The notes below the pieces were generated by a model. It was not told the origin of the DNA and searched no databases. It saw only the letters and a program-made list of their open reading frames with translations. 50,431 nucleotides of DNA. Source: an uncultured Candidatus Nemicrothrix sp. (GTDB taxonomy: Bacteria > Actinomycetota > Acidimicrobiia > Acidimicrobiales > Aldehydirespiratoraceae). The number at the start of each line of letters is the position of its first letter. Positions within the stretch are counted from its first letter, which is position 1. The stretch spans positions 1 through 50,431 of the forward strand of contig CAZEML010000005.1 in NCBI GenBank assembly GCA_964513285.1, written 5' to 3'. Below, in pieces: positions 1 to 9,151 of the stretch. A program made the position numbers and the translations under genes.

Positions 1-1
1 C

Positions 2-1105
2 TACGAAGGCCAGGCCCGCGAGTACGAGTTCTCGTACGGCCAGCATAACTGGCACGACAACACGGTCCGCGAGTGCCTGGGCGTGCGAGCGGCCGTCGGC
101 TTGTTCGACCAGACCTCCTTCGCCAAGGCTCGCGTGGAGGGCCCCGATGCGCTCGAGGTGCTCAACCACATCTCGGTGGCCAACATCGACGCCCCGATCC
201 ACAAGGCCGTCTACACCCAGTGGTGCAACCACAAGGGTGGCATCGAGGCCGATCTCACCGTGACCCGCATGGCCGACGACGCCTTCTTCGTCGTCACCGC
301 GGCGGCGGCCGAGAACCGGGACTTCACCTGGCTCCGTCGGGCGGCGAAGGGCAAGGACGTCACCATCACCAACGTCACCCACGACTTCGTGATGCTCGGA
401 CTGATGGGTCCCAACAGTCGCAAGGTGCTGTCGCAGATCACCGACGCCGACCTGTCGAACGACGGCTTCCCCTTCGGCTGGAGCCAGCGGATCGAGGTCG
501 CCGGCCAGCCGGTGCTCGCCCTGCGCATGAGCTATGTCGGCGAGCTCGGCTGGGAGCTCTACATGCCCAACGACAACGCCGGTGCCGTGTACGACGCGAT
601 CGTCGCGGCCGGCGCCGAGCACGGGCTGGTTCACGCCGGCTACCACGCGATGAACTCGCTGCGGCTCGAGGCGGGCATGCGCCACTGGGGGCACGACATC
701 ACCGACGAGGACACCCCGATCGAAGCCGGTCTCGGCTTCGCCATCGACTGGGACAAGGGTGACTTCCTCGGCCGTGACGCGCTGCTCGCCCAGAAGGACG
801 CCCCGCGCTCGAAGCGGCTCATCCAGTTCAAGATCGAGGATCCTGAGCTGCTCACCTACCACGACGAGCCGCTCTACCGCGACGGCGTCGTCGTCGGCCG
901 GACCTCGTCCTCGATGTGGTCAGCCACCCAGGACCGATGCTGCGCCATGGGCTACGTCGAACACCCCGACGGTGAAGGCATCACCAAGGCCTGGCTCGAT
1001 GAGGCCGAGTGGGAGGTCAACATCGGCGGTGAGCGCGTGCCGGTGTCGACCTCGATCCGCTCCTGGTTCGACCCGCAGAACCAGCGCCCCCACCTGGAGG
1101 ACTGA
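2..1105 (+). CDS. GcvT-family FAD-dependent oxidoreductase (dimethylglycine/sarcosine dehydrogenase-like), 5'-truncated; folate-binding C-terminal part
   Basis: Frame open from window edge; motifs [41 protein letters not shown] of the GcvT/aminomethyltransferase fold. Confidence 0.9.
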   Translation, partial: YEGQAREYEFSYGQHNWHDNTVRECLGVRAAVGLFDQTSFAKARVEGPDALEVLNHISVANIDAPIHKAVYTQWCNHKGGIEADLTVTRMADDAFFVVTAAAAENRDFTWLRRAAKGKDVTITNVTHDFVMLGLMGPNSRKVLSQITDADLSNDGFPFGWSQRIEVAGQPVLALRMSYVGELGWELYMPNDNAGAVYDAIVAAGAEHGLVHAGYHAMNSLRLEAGMRHWGHDITDEDTPIEAGLGFAIDWDKGDFLGRDALLAQKDAPRSKRLIQFKIEDPELLTYHDEPLYRDGVVVGRTSSSMWSATQDRCCAMGYVEHPDGEGITKAWLDEAEWEVNIGGERVPVSTSIRSWFDPQNQRPHLED

Positions 1106-1123
1106 TCGCTCGGGTCGTCGACG

Positions 1124-1957
1124 TCAGTCGGCGATCCGGGTCACCAGCACCGGGCAGGGCGCATGGCGGACCACCTCGGCCGTCACGCTTCCCGCCGCGA
1201 GCCGGTCGACACCGGTTCGGGCGTGGGTGGCCATGACGACGACGCTCGCCCGCCGAGCGGTCGCTTCGGTGACGAGTGCATCGGCGACGTGGCGGTCGTG
1301 GAAGACCTCGAAGTCCACCGCCTCCCGATCGCTCGATGCCATCAAGCGGTCGGCCGCTCGCTCGGCCCCGACGCTGTCGGTCGGCAGGTCCGATCCCCCC
1401 GGCCCGGTTCGGGCCAGGTCGAGCTCGCGGCTGGCCCGTGGATCCAGCACGTTGGCGACGAAGGGATCGAGATCGGTCTCGGCCAACAGCGCGGTGGTGA
1501 GCTGCAGCACGTCATCGTCGTCGCCCCCGGTGACCGACACGATCGCCGGCCCGTGGGTGCGGAAGCGGCCGCGGAGATACCCCGGGCCGATCAGCATCAC
1601 CGGCTGGCCGGGACGGTGGAGGATGTCGTTGGCGACGCTGCCGAGCAGGGCCGCGGAGCGACCGCGGCCGTGCGATGCCATGACGATCATCGCCGGGCCA
1701 TGGCGGTCGGCGAGCCGGCGAAGGTCACCGGCGACCGAGTCGGCGATGGGGACGACCTCCACCACGCGGGTGACCTCACCGGTCGCCTCCGACTGTTCGA
1801 GCACGGTTCGTTCGAGTTCGGTGGGGTCGGCGTCGTACGGATGGAACGCCACGATGCGGATCGGAGCGGACACTCGCCGAGCGAAACACGACGCCGGTCC
1901 GAGCGCCTCGGCCGCCTCCTCGGATCCGTCCAACGGAACGATGATCTCCTGGAACAT
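1124..1957 (-). CDS. Universal stress protein (tandem USP domains)
   Basis: IIVPLDGS start; two USP signatures MASHGRGRS..LLGSVA and MATHARTG..AGSVTAEVVRHAPCPVL; GAGGAG SD. Confidence 0.9.
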   Translation of the reverse strand: MFQEIIVPLDGSEEAAEALGPASCFARRVSAPIRIVAFHPYDADPTELERTVLEQSEATGEVTRVVEVVPIADSVAGDLRRLADRHGPAMIVMASHGRGRSAALLGSVANDILHRPGQPVMLIGPGYLRGRFRTHGPAIVSVTGGDDDDVLQLTTALLAETDLDPFVANVLDPRASRELDLARTGPGGSDLPTDSVGAERAADRLMASSDREAVDFEVFHDRHVADALVTEATARRASVVVMATHARTGVDRLAAGSVTAEVVRHAPCPVLVTRIAD

Positions 1958-2069
1958 GGTGACTCCTCGCTGGTGGTCTGCGGGTGTGGTCTCAGCGTGC
2001 GGGTGAGTGACCGGCCGCGGCCAGGGACCTAGGTCCCGATAGGGGTGCGGTGGGCGGTACGGTCACCCG

Positions 2070-3422
2070 GTGCGTCGGCTCGCCCCCCTTCTGTTCGCTG
2101 CGGTCGCGCTCCTGGTGTCGGCGTGCACCTCGGTCCCACCCGAAGACCTGCCACTGGCGCTCCCGGCGGAGGACGACGAGCCGGCGGCCACCAGCACGAC
2201 GACCACGACCACCACCCTGCCCGAGGTGTTCGACTTCAACGGGGCGATCGCGGTCGGCGGGAACCTCGGCCTGGTCATCGTCGACGAAGAAGGCAATCGG
2301 CTCGCGGTCGCCCCCGACGAACCACAGGGGCAGGCCACCCAACCGACGTGGTCTCGCGACGGCGACCGCGCCGTCGCCCTGGTGCCGACGCCCACCGGGG
2401 CCGAGGTCGTGGTCCGCACCGTCGACGAGGCGTTCGTGCACCCCGCCCGCCGTGGCTACTTCTTCTTCTCGTGGAGTGGCGATGGCCGCTACATCGCCGC
2501 CCTCGGACCGGGTCCGCAGGGAACGACGATGGACATCCTCACCGACGAGGGCGAGCTCGCCACCGAGCTGAGTCTCGACACCCAGAGCTTCTACTTCGCA
2601 TGGGAGCCCGGCGGCGACGACCTGGTCGTGCATCGTGACCGCACGCTCGAACTCGTGCGGGATCCGCTCGAACTCACGACCGTCGAGCCGTTGGGGGAGC
2701 CGGGGCAGTCGTTCCTCGCCCCGGCGTGGATCCCCGGCACTCGGGAGATCGTGATCGTCGACGAGGTCGACGACGGGCGGCTGATCCGGCTCGACGTCGA
2801 CACCGGCGAGCGGATCGATCTCGGCCCGGTGGGCGCCGAGGCCGGCTTGGTCGTCTCGCCCGACGGCAGTCGACTCTTCTTGTCCCACAGCGGTCCGAAC
2901 GTCGAGTTCAGCGACGACATCACCGCGTCGTTCCGACCCACCGATGCGGCACCGGCCCCGGCCATCGTCGATGGGGTCGGCGCTCCCGTTCCCGCACAGG
3001 AGCCCGAGGAGTCCACCGCGGCCTCTGAGATCGTCGTGCTCGAGACCGGGATGCGCATCCCGATCAACAACGAACTGTCGTTGTGGGGCGAGTGGTCCCG
3101 CAACGGTGAGTCGCTGCTGTTCCTGCAGCCCGGCGCCGACGCCGGCGTGTGGCGGGTGCTCGACATCAACGGGGTTCGTGAGATCGGGCGAGCGCAGCTG
3201 AGCGCGACCTTCTTCCGCAACTATGTGTTCTTCGCGTGGCAGTACGTGGAGTCGCCTCGCCTCTGGTCGCCGGACGGCGACGCCATCGTGTTCGGCGCGA
3301 GCGAGAACGGTGTGCCGGGGATCTATGTCCAGCCGCTCGACGGCGAGCGGACCCGGATCAGCGACGGCAACGTCGCCTTCTGGGCACCGGAGCTGCCGTC
3401 CAACGGCGAGTCACCGGCCTGA
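2070..3422 (+). CDS. Lipoprotein with TolB-like/PD40 beta-propeller
   Basis: Lipobox LVSAC, Thr-rich linker, repeated WSxDG motifs (WSRDG, WSGDG, WEPGG, VSPDG, WSRNG, WSPDG). Confidence 0.75.
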   Translation: MRRLAPLLFAAVALLVSACTSVPPEDLPLALPAEDDEPAATSTTTTTTTLPEVFDFNGAIAVGGNLGLVIVDEEGNRLAVAPDEPQGQATQPTWSRDGDRAVALVPTPTGAEVVVRTVDEAFVHPARRGYFFFSWSGDGRYIAALGPGPQGTTMDILTDEGELATELSLDTQSFYFAWEPGGDDLVVHRDRTLELVRDPLELTTVEPLGEPGQSFLAPAWIPGTREIVIVDEVDDGRLIRLDVDTGERIDLGPVGAEAGLVVSPDGSRLFLSHSGPNVEFSDDITASFRPTDAAPAPAIVDGVGAPVPAQEPEESTAASEIVVLETGMRIPINNELSLWGEWSRNGESLLFLQPGADAGVWRVLDINGVREIGRAQLSATFFRNYVFFAWQYVESPRLWSPDGDAIVFGASENGVPGIYVQPLDGERTRISDGNVAFWAPELPSNGESPA

Positions 3423-3458
3423 CCGCTCGTCGTCCCGTCGAGGTGCGATCCTGGCGGG

Positions 3459-4400
3459 ATGCGCTCGGTGCTCGCAACGGTGATGATGTCCTTGGTGGCC
3501 CTCGGCTGTTCGTCCGACGGGTCGACGGTCGCGGCACCGGTCGACGACGATCCAACGTCCACCTCGTCCACGTCGACCACGACCGAGTCGGCGCCGACGA
3601 CGACCACCGAGTCGGCCGCGCCGACCACCACGACGAGCGAAGCGCCCGCCACCACGACCACCGAGCCCGCGGTGATGAGCGACGTGATCGCCGAGCCGGG
3701 TGTGCGTTCGGTCTGGTCGGGCACGATCGACGGCGACATCGCGATCAGCGTCTGGCTCGCCCAGGAGGACCGGTTTCTGTTCGGAGAGCTGGTCTACGAC
3801 GCGGTTGGCGAGCCGATTCCGATCATCGGTGACGTCCGCCCGGCCTCGGATCTCGTCGTGCTGCACGAGTTCGCGCTCGACGGCAGCGTCACCGGAACGC
3901 TGGCGTTCAACGACACCGGTGACCGCTCGATCCCGCTCACGGGGTCCTGGAACGATCTCACCCTCGAGCTGACCTACGACGGCGTCGACGAGCAGCCGGC
4001 GGTCTTCGATCCCACCGTTCGGTCCGGCGAGTACCGCTACCAGTTCCCGCCGTTCGGCGAGGGCGACGACGACGCCTGGGGCCCGGCCGGCTATCTGGGG
4101 ATCTCCGCGCTCGAGGACGGCGTGAGCGCGGTCGTCGAGATCCAGAACCACCGAGGAGCGCCGGGCTACAACCAGGCCTGGATCGAGCCGGTCGAACTGG
4201 CCTTGGACGGCAACCGCTTCGTGTTCGACAGCGACGACGTCGACCCGGACGCCTTCGACGGGCTCGACTGTGCGTTCGAGGTCGTCGTCTTCGACGGCTT
4301 CGCGTTCGTGGAGTACCTCGACGACCGGTGGGATTGCGCGTTCGGGTTCGGGGCGGCCGTGTCCGGGGTCTATGTGCTCACCGACTCGATCGTGGGCTGA
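3459..4400 (+). CDS. Hypothetical lipoprotein with Thr/Ser/Pro-rich linker
   Basis: Lipobox VALGC; TTTTES/EAPA repeats; acidic globular C-terminus; high-GC3 codon pattern. Confidence 0.7.
   Translation: MRSVLATVMMSLVALGCSSDGSTVAAPVDDDPTSTSSTSTTTESAPTTTTESAAPTTTTSEAPATTTTEPAVMSDVIAEPGVRSVWSGTIDGDIAISVWLAQEDRFLFGELVYDAVGEPIPIIGDVRPASDLVVLHEFALDGSVTGTLAFNDTGDRSIPLTGSWNDLTLELTYDGVDEQPAVFDPTVRSGEYRYQFPPFGEGDDDAWGPAGYLGISALEDGVSAVVEIQNHRGAPGYNQAWIEPVELALDGNRFVFDSDDVDPDAFDGLDCAFEVVVFDGFAFVEYLDDRWDCAFGFGAAVSGVYVLTDSIVG
3555..3670 (+). repeat. Degenerate coding tandem repeat (T4-E/S-A-P) forming a flexible, possibly O-glycosylated linker
   Basis: STTTESAP / TTTTESAAP / TTTTSEAPA / TTTTEPA units. Confidence 0.6.
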
Positions 4401-4408
4401 GCCCGAGG

Positions 4409-5491
4409 TCAGTCGAAGACGATGACGCTGCGGGCGACCTCGCCCGACTTCATCGCTGCAAACGCCTCGTTGATCTCTCCGAGCCGTACCCGCTGGGTGA
4501 CCATCGCATCGAGGTGCAGCTTGTCGTCGAGGTAGAACTCGACGAGCTGGGGCATGTCCTCGCGAAAGCGGTTCGAGCCCATGTTCGACCCGGTGAGGGT
4601 CTTCTCCATCAGCAGCGCTTCGGCGTCGATCTCGAGCTTCTGCCCCTGGGGCACCATGCCGATGACGACCGCGGTGCCGCCGTAGCGCACCATCTCGTAC
4701 GCCTGCTCGGAGGTCGACTTCATGCCGACCGCTTCGAACGCGTAGTCGGCGCCGCCACCCGTGAGCTGGCGGACGGCGCGCACGGGGTCTTCGGTGGAGG
4801 CGTCGATCGTGTGGGTGGCGCCGAAGGTCAGCGCCGTCTCGAGCTTGGCCGGGCTGACGTCGATCGCGATGACCCTGCCGGCGCCGGCGATGGCCGCACC
4901 GTTGATCGCCGACAAGCCGATGCCGCCACAACCGATCACGGCGACGCTCGCGCCGACGGGTACGCGGGCGGTGTTGGTGACCGCGCCGAAGCCGGTCATC
5001 ACCGCACAGCCGATGAGCGCTCCGCGGTCGAGGGGCATGTCGTCGCGCACCTGCACGCAGGCGCGTTCGTGGACGAGCATTTGCTCCGCGTAGGAGCCGA
5101 GGTTGTACAGCTGCACGAACGGTTCGCCGTTCTGCGACAACCGCGGTGACGCCGTCGGTGGCCGCCAGGTCTCCTTGCTCTCACAGAGCACGGGTCGGCC
5201 GGCGGTGCAGTTGCGGCACACGCCGCAGAACGCGGACATGCAGGTGATCACGTGGTCGCCGGGGGAGAGGTAGGTGACGCCGGGTCCGACGGCCTCGACG
5301 ATGCCGGCGGATTCGTGGCCGGGCACGCACGGCATCGGGGTCTCGTACAGCCCTTCGATGAAGTGGAGGTCGGAGTGGCAGACACCGGCCGCAGCGGTGC
5401 GGATCAGGACCTCGCCGGGCCCGGGATCGTCGATGTCGACCTCTTCGATGGTCAACGGTTCGCCGGCGCTGCGCAGTACCGCTGCTCGCAT
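4409..5491 (-). CDS. Zn-dependent alcohol dehydrogenase (class III/formaldehyde-dehydrogenase-like MDR)
   Basis: GVCHSDLH, GHESAG, structural Zn CGVCRNC-x7-C, GCGGIG NAD-binding motif. Confidence 0.9.
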   Translation of the reverse strand: MRAAVLRSAGEPLTIEEVDIDDPGPGEVLIRTAAAGVCHSDLHFIEGLYETPMPCVPGHESAGIVEAVGPGVTYLSPGDHVITCMSAFCGVCRNCTAGRPVLCESKETWRPPTASPRLSQNGEPFVQLYNLGSYAEQMLVHERACVQVRDDMPLDRGALIGCAVMTGFGAVTNTARVPVGASVAVIGCGGIGLSAINGAAIAGAGRVIAIDVSPAKLETALTFGATHTIDASTEDPVRAVRQLTGGGADYAFEAVGMKSTSEQAYEMVRYGGTAVVIGMVPQGQKLEIDAEALLMEKTLTGSNMGSNRFREDMPQLVEFYLDDKLHLDAMVTQRVRLGEINEAFAAMKSGEVARSVIVFD

Positions 5492-5554
5492 GCTGCCCCT
5501 TCGAGATGGGTGGTCTTTACCGCCCGTTTCGGGGCGGTTCCGTAGGTTCGGAGC

Positions 5555-5839
5555 ATGTCACAGCACACTCCCGCTCGGTACCACTCCCATCGGACCGTTC
5601 CCCAGGGCTGGAGTGACGACATCGGCCTCTCGGTGGCCTTCAGCCTTCTGCTGATCGTGCCCGCCGTGATCGTCGCCGGCATCCTCGGTGCCGTCGTGGC
5701 CCTCGTCGTCGGCCCGGTCCTGGGCTACCTCGCCAACCGGATGTTCGCCACGCCTGCGACCGTTCCGGTCACCACGTCGTGTTCGGTGTGCGGCGACCTG
5801 ACGATCTCCCGCTCGGGCGTCTGCACCCGGCACCGCTGA
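5555..5839 (+). CDS. Small membrane protein with C-terminal CxxC-x10-CxxH putative Zn-binding motif
   Basis: Hydrophobic hairpin; CSVC...CTRH; TAGGTT -10-like hexamer (5543-5548) 6 nt before ATG. Confidence 0.6.
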   Translation: MSQHTPARYHSHRTVPQGWSDDIGLSVAFSLLLIVPAVIVAGILGAVVALVVGPVLGYLANRMFATPATVPVTTSCSVCGDLTISRSGVCTRHR

Positions 5840-5840
5840 G

Positions 5841-6572
5841 TCAGGCGAGGCGTTCGCCGATCGCCCGACAGGTCGCTTGCACGGCGGCGCCGATCTCGTC
5901 GAGGTCGCGCTCGCCCGGGAAGCGGTAGTCGGGGCCGTAGGCGTTGAGGGCGCCGACGGCGGTGTCGTCGGGCCCGACGATCAGGGCGCCGACGCCGTTG
6001 ACGTCCTCGCTGAACTCCTGCTGGGTCCAGACCGTGCCGGCTCGGGCCTCGAGCACCTTCTGGCGCACGCCTTTGAGCGAGACGACGGTGCTCGGGGTGT
6101 AGGGCACGAGTCCGGTGGCGACGTGGGCCCGGATGGTGGCATCGGTCCAGGTGGCCATCAACGCCAGCCCGCCCGCGGAGGCGTGGTACGGGAGGCGCTC
6201 GCCGGTCCAGTCCTGCACCATCACCGAGCTCTCCGCCACGGCGGTGTCGATGTAGAGGGTGGCGTCGCCGTCGGCGATCGTGAGCGACACGTTCTCTTGC
6301 AGGAGGTCGGCCAACTCCACGATGTGGGGTCGGGCGACCTCCTTCAGCGCGCTCACGGGGGCACCCTGGTGCGACAGCGCGGCGAGGCCCGGCCCGATCG
6401 CGTAGCGACCACCGACGGTCTGGACCGCGCCCTGGTCTTCGAGTGCGATCAGCAGTCGCAGCACGGTCGACTTGGGCAGGCCCGCCTCGCGGGTGACGTC
6501 GGCGAGCGTCGAGGTGCCGGGTCGAGAGGCCAGGGCTCGAAGAACGGTGAACGCGCGGTCGATCGCCTGCAT
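5841..6572 (-). CDS. IclR-family transcriptional regulator
   Basis: AIDRAFTVL..GLPKSTVLRLL HTH; effector domain LPYHASAGG, EFSEDVNGVGA. Confidence 0.92.
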   Translation of the reverse strand: MQAIDRAFTVLRALASRPGTSTLADVTREAGLPKSTVLRLLIALEDQGAVQTVGGRYAIGPGLAALSHQGAPVSALKEVARPHIVELADLLQENVSLTIADGDATLYIDTAVAESSVMVQDWTGERLPYHASAGGLALMATWTDATIRAHVATGLVPYTPSTVVSLKGVRQKVLEARAGTVWTQQEFSEDVNGVGALIVGPDDTAVGALNAYGPDYRFPGERDLDEIGAAVQATCRAIGERLA

Positions 6573-6606
6573 GACGTTAGATAGACTAACAGTCAGAGAA
6601 CGGAAC

Positions 6607-6623
6607 GTTCCACTCAGTGAAAC
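6607..6623. promoter_or_regulatory. Probable IclR operator (imperfect palindrome GTTCCAC-TCA-GTGAAAC)
   Basis: AT-rich dyad in the divergent iclR/gcvT-family intergenic region; second dyad GTTAG-N5-CTAAC at 6576-6590. Confidence 0.55.
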
Positions 6624-6695
6624 ACGCGCCGCGGGGCGGTCGTGGGTGAGTGAGCGTCACGATCTGCACATCACAGAACTGAGGGGAAATCAACC

Positions 6696-9122
6696 GTGAG
6701 GGATGAAGCGCGCGTCGTGATCATCGGTGGCGGCGCCATGGGCGTCGGCCTGCTGTACTTCCTGGCCCACGAGGGCTGGGGTCCCGACACCGTCCTGGTC
6801 GAGAAGGGTGAGCTCACCTCCGGGTCGACGTGGCACGCCGCCGGCCTGGTGCCGAACTTCATCGGCGATCTCAACATGGCGAAGGTCCATCAAGAGGCCA
6901 TCTCGCTGTATCCCAAGATCGAGGAAGAGACCGGCCTGTCGTCGGGCTGGCACGGCTGCGGCGCCCTGCGCTTCGCCGTCTCGGACCAAGACGTGCTCTG
7001 GCATCGCCAGGTCAGCGCCCAACTCGACCAGCTCGGCATCGAGAACGAGATCGTCGGCAAGGACAAGATCCAAGAGCTCAACCCGCTCATGGAGAACATC
7101 GACGACGTCCAGTCCGCGCTCTGGACCCCCAACGACGGCTGGGCCGACCCGACCGGCGTCACCAACGCGATGGCCAAGGGCGCCCGCCAGCTCGGTGCCG
7201 AGATCGTCCGCAACAACCGTGTCACCGACATGAACCAGCTGCCCGACGGGCGCTGGGAGGTCATCACCGAACAGGGCCGCATCGTCGCCGAACACGTCGT
7301 CAACGCCGCCGGCCACTACGCCCCGCAGCTCGGCGCGATGGTCGGGATCGACGTGCCGATCGTGTCGGTGATCCACCAATACATCATCACCGAGCCGCTC
7401 GACGCGATGAAGGCGCTCGACTTCGAGATCCCCGTCACCCGCGACCCGATCTCGTCCTCGTATTACCGCCGCGAGATCGACGGCATCCTCATCGGCCCCT
7501 ACGAGACCGCCGGTGCCCAGACCTACGGCGTCGACGGCATCGACTGGAACCTCGACTTCTACCTGACCCCGCCGGACATGGACGTCATCGCCGACTGCCT
7601 GATGGTCGCCCTGGACCGCGTCCCGGCGTGGGCCGACAGCGGCATCAAGAAGGTCGTCTCCGGACCGATCACCCACACGCCCGACTCCGGCTACCTCATG
7701 GGACCCCAGGCCGGGCTGCGCAACTACTGGCACTGCAGCGGCGCATCGATCGGCATCACCCAGGGTCCTGGCGCCGGCAAGTACCTCGCCCAGTGGATGG
7801 TGCACGGCCAGACCGAGATCAACGTGCGCGGCATGGATCCCCGCCGCTTCGGCACCCACGCCGGTGCGTCCGGTCAGTTCGCCGTCGACAAGGCGATCGA
7901 GGAATACCACCTCATGTACGCCACCCGTCCGCCCGGTGAGCACCACCCCGCGGCCCGCAAGCAGAAGACCAACCCGCTCTATGACCGCCTCGACGCCAAG
8001 GGCGCCCAGTGGGAGGAGGTCTATGGCTGGGAGCGTCCGCAGTACTACGGCGAGGCCGAGTCGCACACGTTCCAGCGCAGCAACGCCTTCGGCATCGTCG
8101 CCGATGAGGTCAAGGGCACCCGCGAGCGGGTCGGCATCGCCGACCTCACCGCCTTCGCCAAGTTCGAGGTCACCGGCGCCGACGCGGCGAAGCTCCTCGA
8201 CCGGGTCAGCGCCAACAAGATCCCGGGCAAGGACGGCGGCATGCGCCTCGTCCACATGCTCACCGACCTGGGTGGCATCGAGTGTGAGATGACGATCACC
8301 CGCCTCGGCGAGGGTCGCTACTACCTGAACTCCGCGATCATGGGCACGACCCACGACGAGGACTGGCTCAACGACCACATCCTCGATGGCGAAGACGTCA
8401 CCGTCACCGACGTCACCGACAGCCACGGCATCCTCGCCGTCACCGGACCCCGCTCGCGCGACGTGCTCGAGACGCTCACCGACGCCGACCTCCACGCTCC
8501 CGCCTTCCGGTGGCTGACCGCGCAGGAGATCACCGTCGCCGGGGTCGCCATGAAGGCCCTGCGGGTCAGCTACGTCGGCGAGCTCGGATGGGAGCTCCAC
8601 ATGCCGATCGAGTCGATGGGCGAGGTGTACGACGCGCTCGTCGCCGCCGGCGAACCGCACGGCATGGTGCACTTCGGCTCCTACGCGATGAACGTGATGC
8701 GCATCGAGAAGGGCTACAAGGCGTGGGGCTCGGAACTCACGACCGAGATCACCCCGATCGAGGCCCGCATCGAACGCTTCGTCGACTTCGACGGCGACTT
8801 CATCGGCAAGGACGCCACGGTCGCTCGCCGCGATCAGGCCGACCCGCTGTCGATGGTGCTCGTCTACTGCGAGATCGAGGACGGCGAGTCCGACCTGATC
8901 GGCAACGAGCCGGCCTACGGCGCGGACGGCGAGGTCATGGGCATCGGCACGTCCGGCGCCTACGGCCACGCGGTCGGCAAGTCGCTCGGCTTCGTGTACG
9001 TCGCCCCCGAGTACGAGGCGCCCGGTTCGACCTTCGAGCTCAACATGCTCGGTGTCCGCCGCACCGCCACCGTGCTCGCCGAACCGGCCTACGACCCAGC
9101 CAACGAGACCATCCGGGCCTGA
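6696..9122 (+). CDS. Dimethylglycine dehydrogenase-like GcvT-family flavoprotein
   Basis: IIGGGAMG FAD motif, GSTWHAAG (covalent FAD His), WERP, RVSYVGELGWELH, RIEKGY; GAGGGG SD. Confidence 0.92.
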   Translation: MRDEARVVIIGGGAMGVGLLYFLAHEGWGPDTVLVEKGELTSGSTWHAAGLVPNFIGDLNMAKVHQEAISLYPKIEEETGLSSGWHGCGALRFAVSDQDVLWHRQVSAQLDQLGIENEIVGKDKIQELNPLMENIDDVQSALWTPNDGWADPTGVTNAMAKGARQLGAEIVRNNRVTDMNQLPDGRWEVITEQGRIVAEHVVNAAGHYAPQLGAMVGIDVPIVSVIHQYIITEPLDAMKALDFEIPVTRDPISSSYYRREIDGILIGPYETAGAQTYGVDGIDWNLDFYLTPPDMDVIADCLMVALDRVPAWADSGIKKVVSGPITHTPDSGYLMGPQAGLRNYWHCSGASIGITQGPGAGKYLAQWMVHGQTEINVRGMDPRRFGTHAGASGQFAVDKAIEEYHLMYATRPPGEHHPAARKQKTNPLYDRLDAKGAQWEEVYGWERPQYYGEAESHTFQRSNAFGIVADEVKGTRERVGIADLTAFAKFEVTGADAAKLLDRVSANKIPGKDGGMRLVHMLTDLGGIECEMTITRLGEGRYYLNSAIMGTTHDEDWLNDHILDGEDVTVTDVTDSHGILAVTGPRSRDVLETLTDADLHAPAFRWLTAQEITVAGVAMKALRVSYVGELGWELHMPIESMGEVYDALVAAGEPHGMVHFGSYAMNVMRIEKGYKAWGSELTTEITPIEARIERFVDFDGDFIGKDATVARRDQADPLSMVLVYCEIEDGESDLIGNEPAYGADGEVMGIGTSGAYGHAVGKSLGFVYVAPEYEAPGSTFELNMLGVRRTATVLAEPAYDPANETIRA

Positions 9123-9151
9123 GGGCCGCCCGACGAAATCGAGGCATCGAG

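Noticed and set aside
6754-6761. TGTACTTC half-site
   Set aside because: Inside a coding region, with no GCACYRGT at 15 nt; treated as a chance match
6690-8969. Long antisense ORFs (also 17595-20258, 42894-45341, 3411-4931, 759-2006)
   Set aside because: Typical high-GC shadow frames opposite well-supported genes; no recognisable motifs
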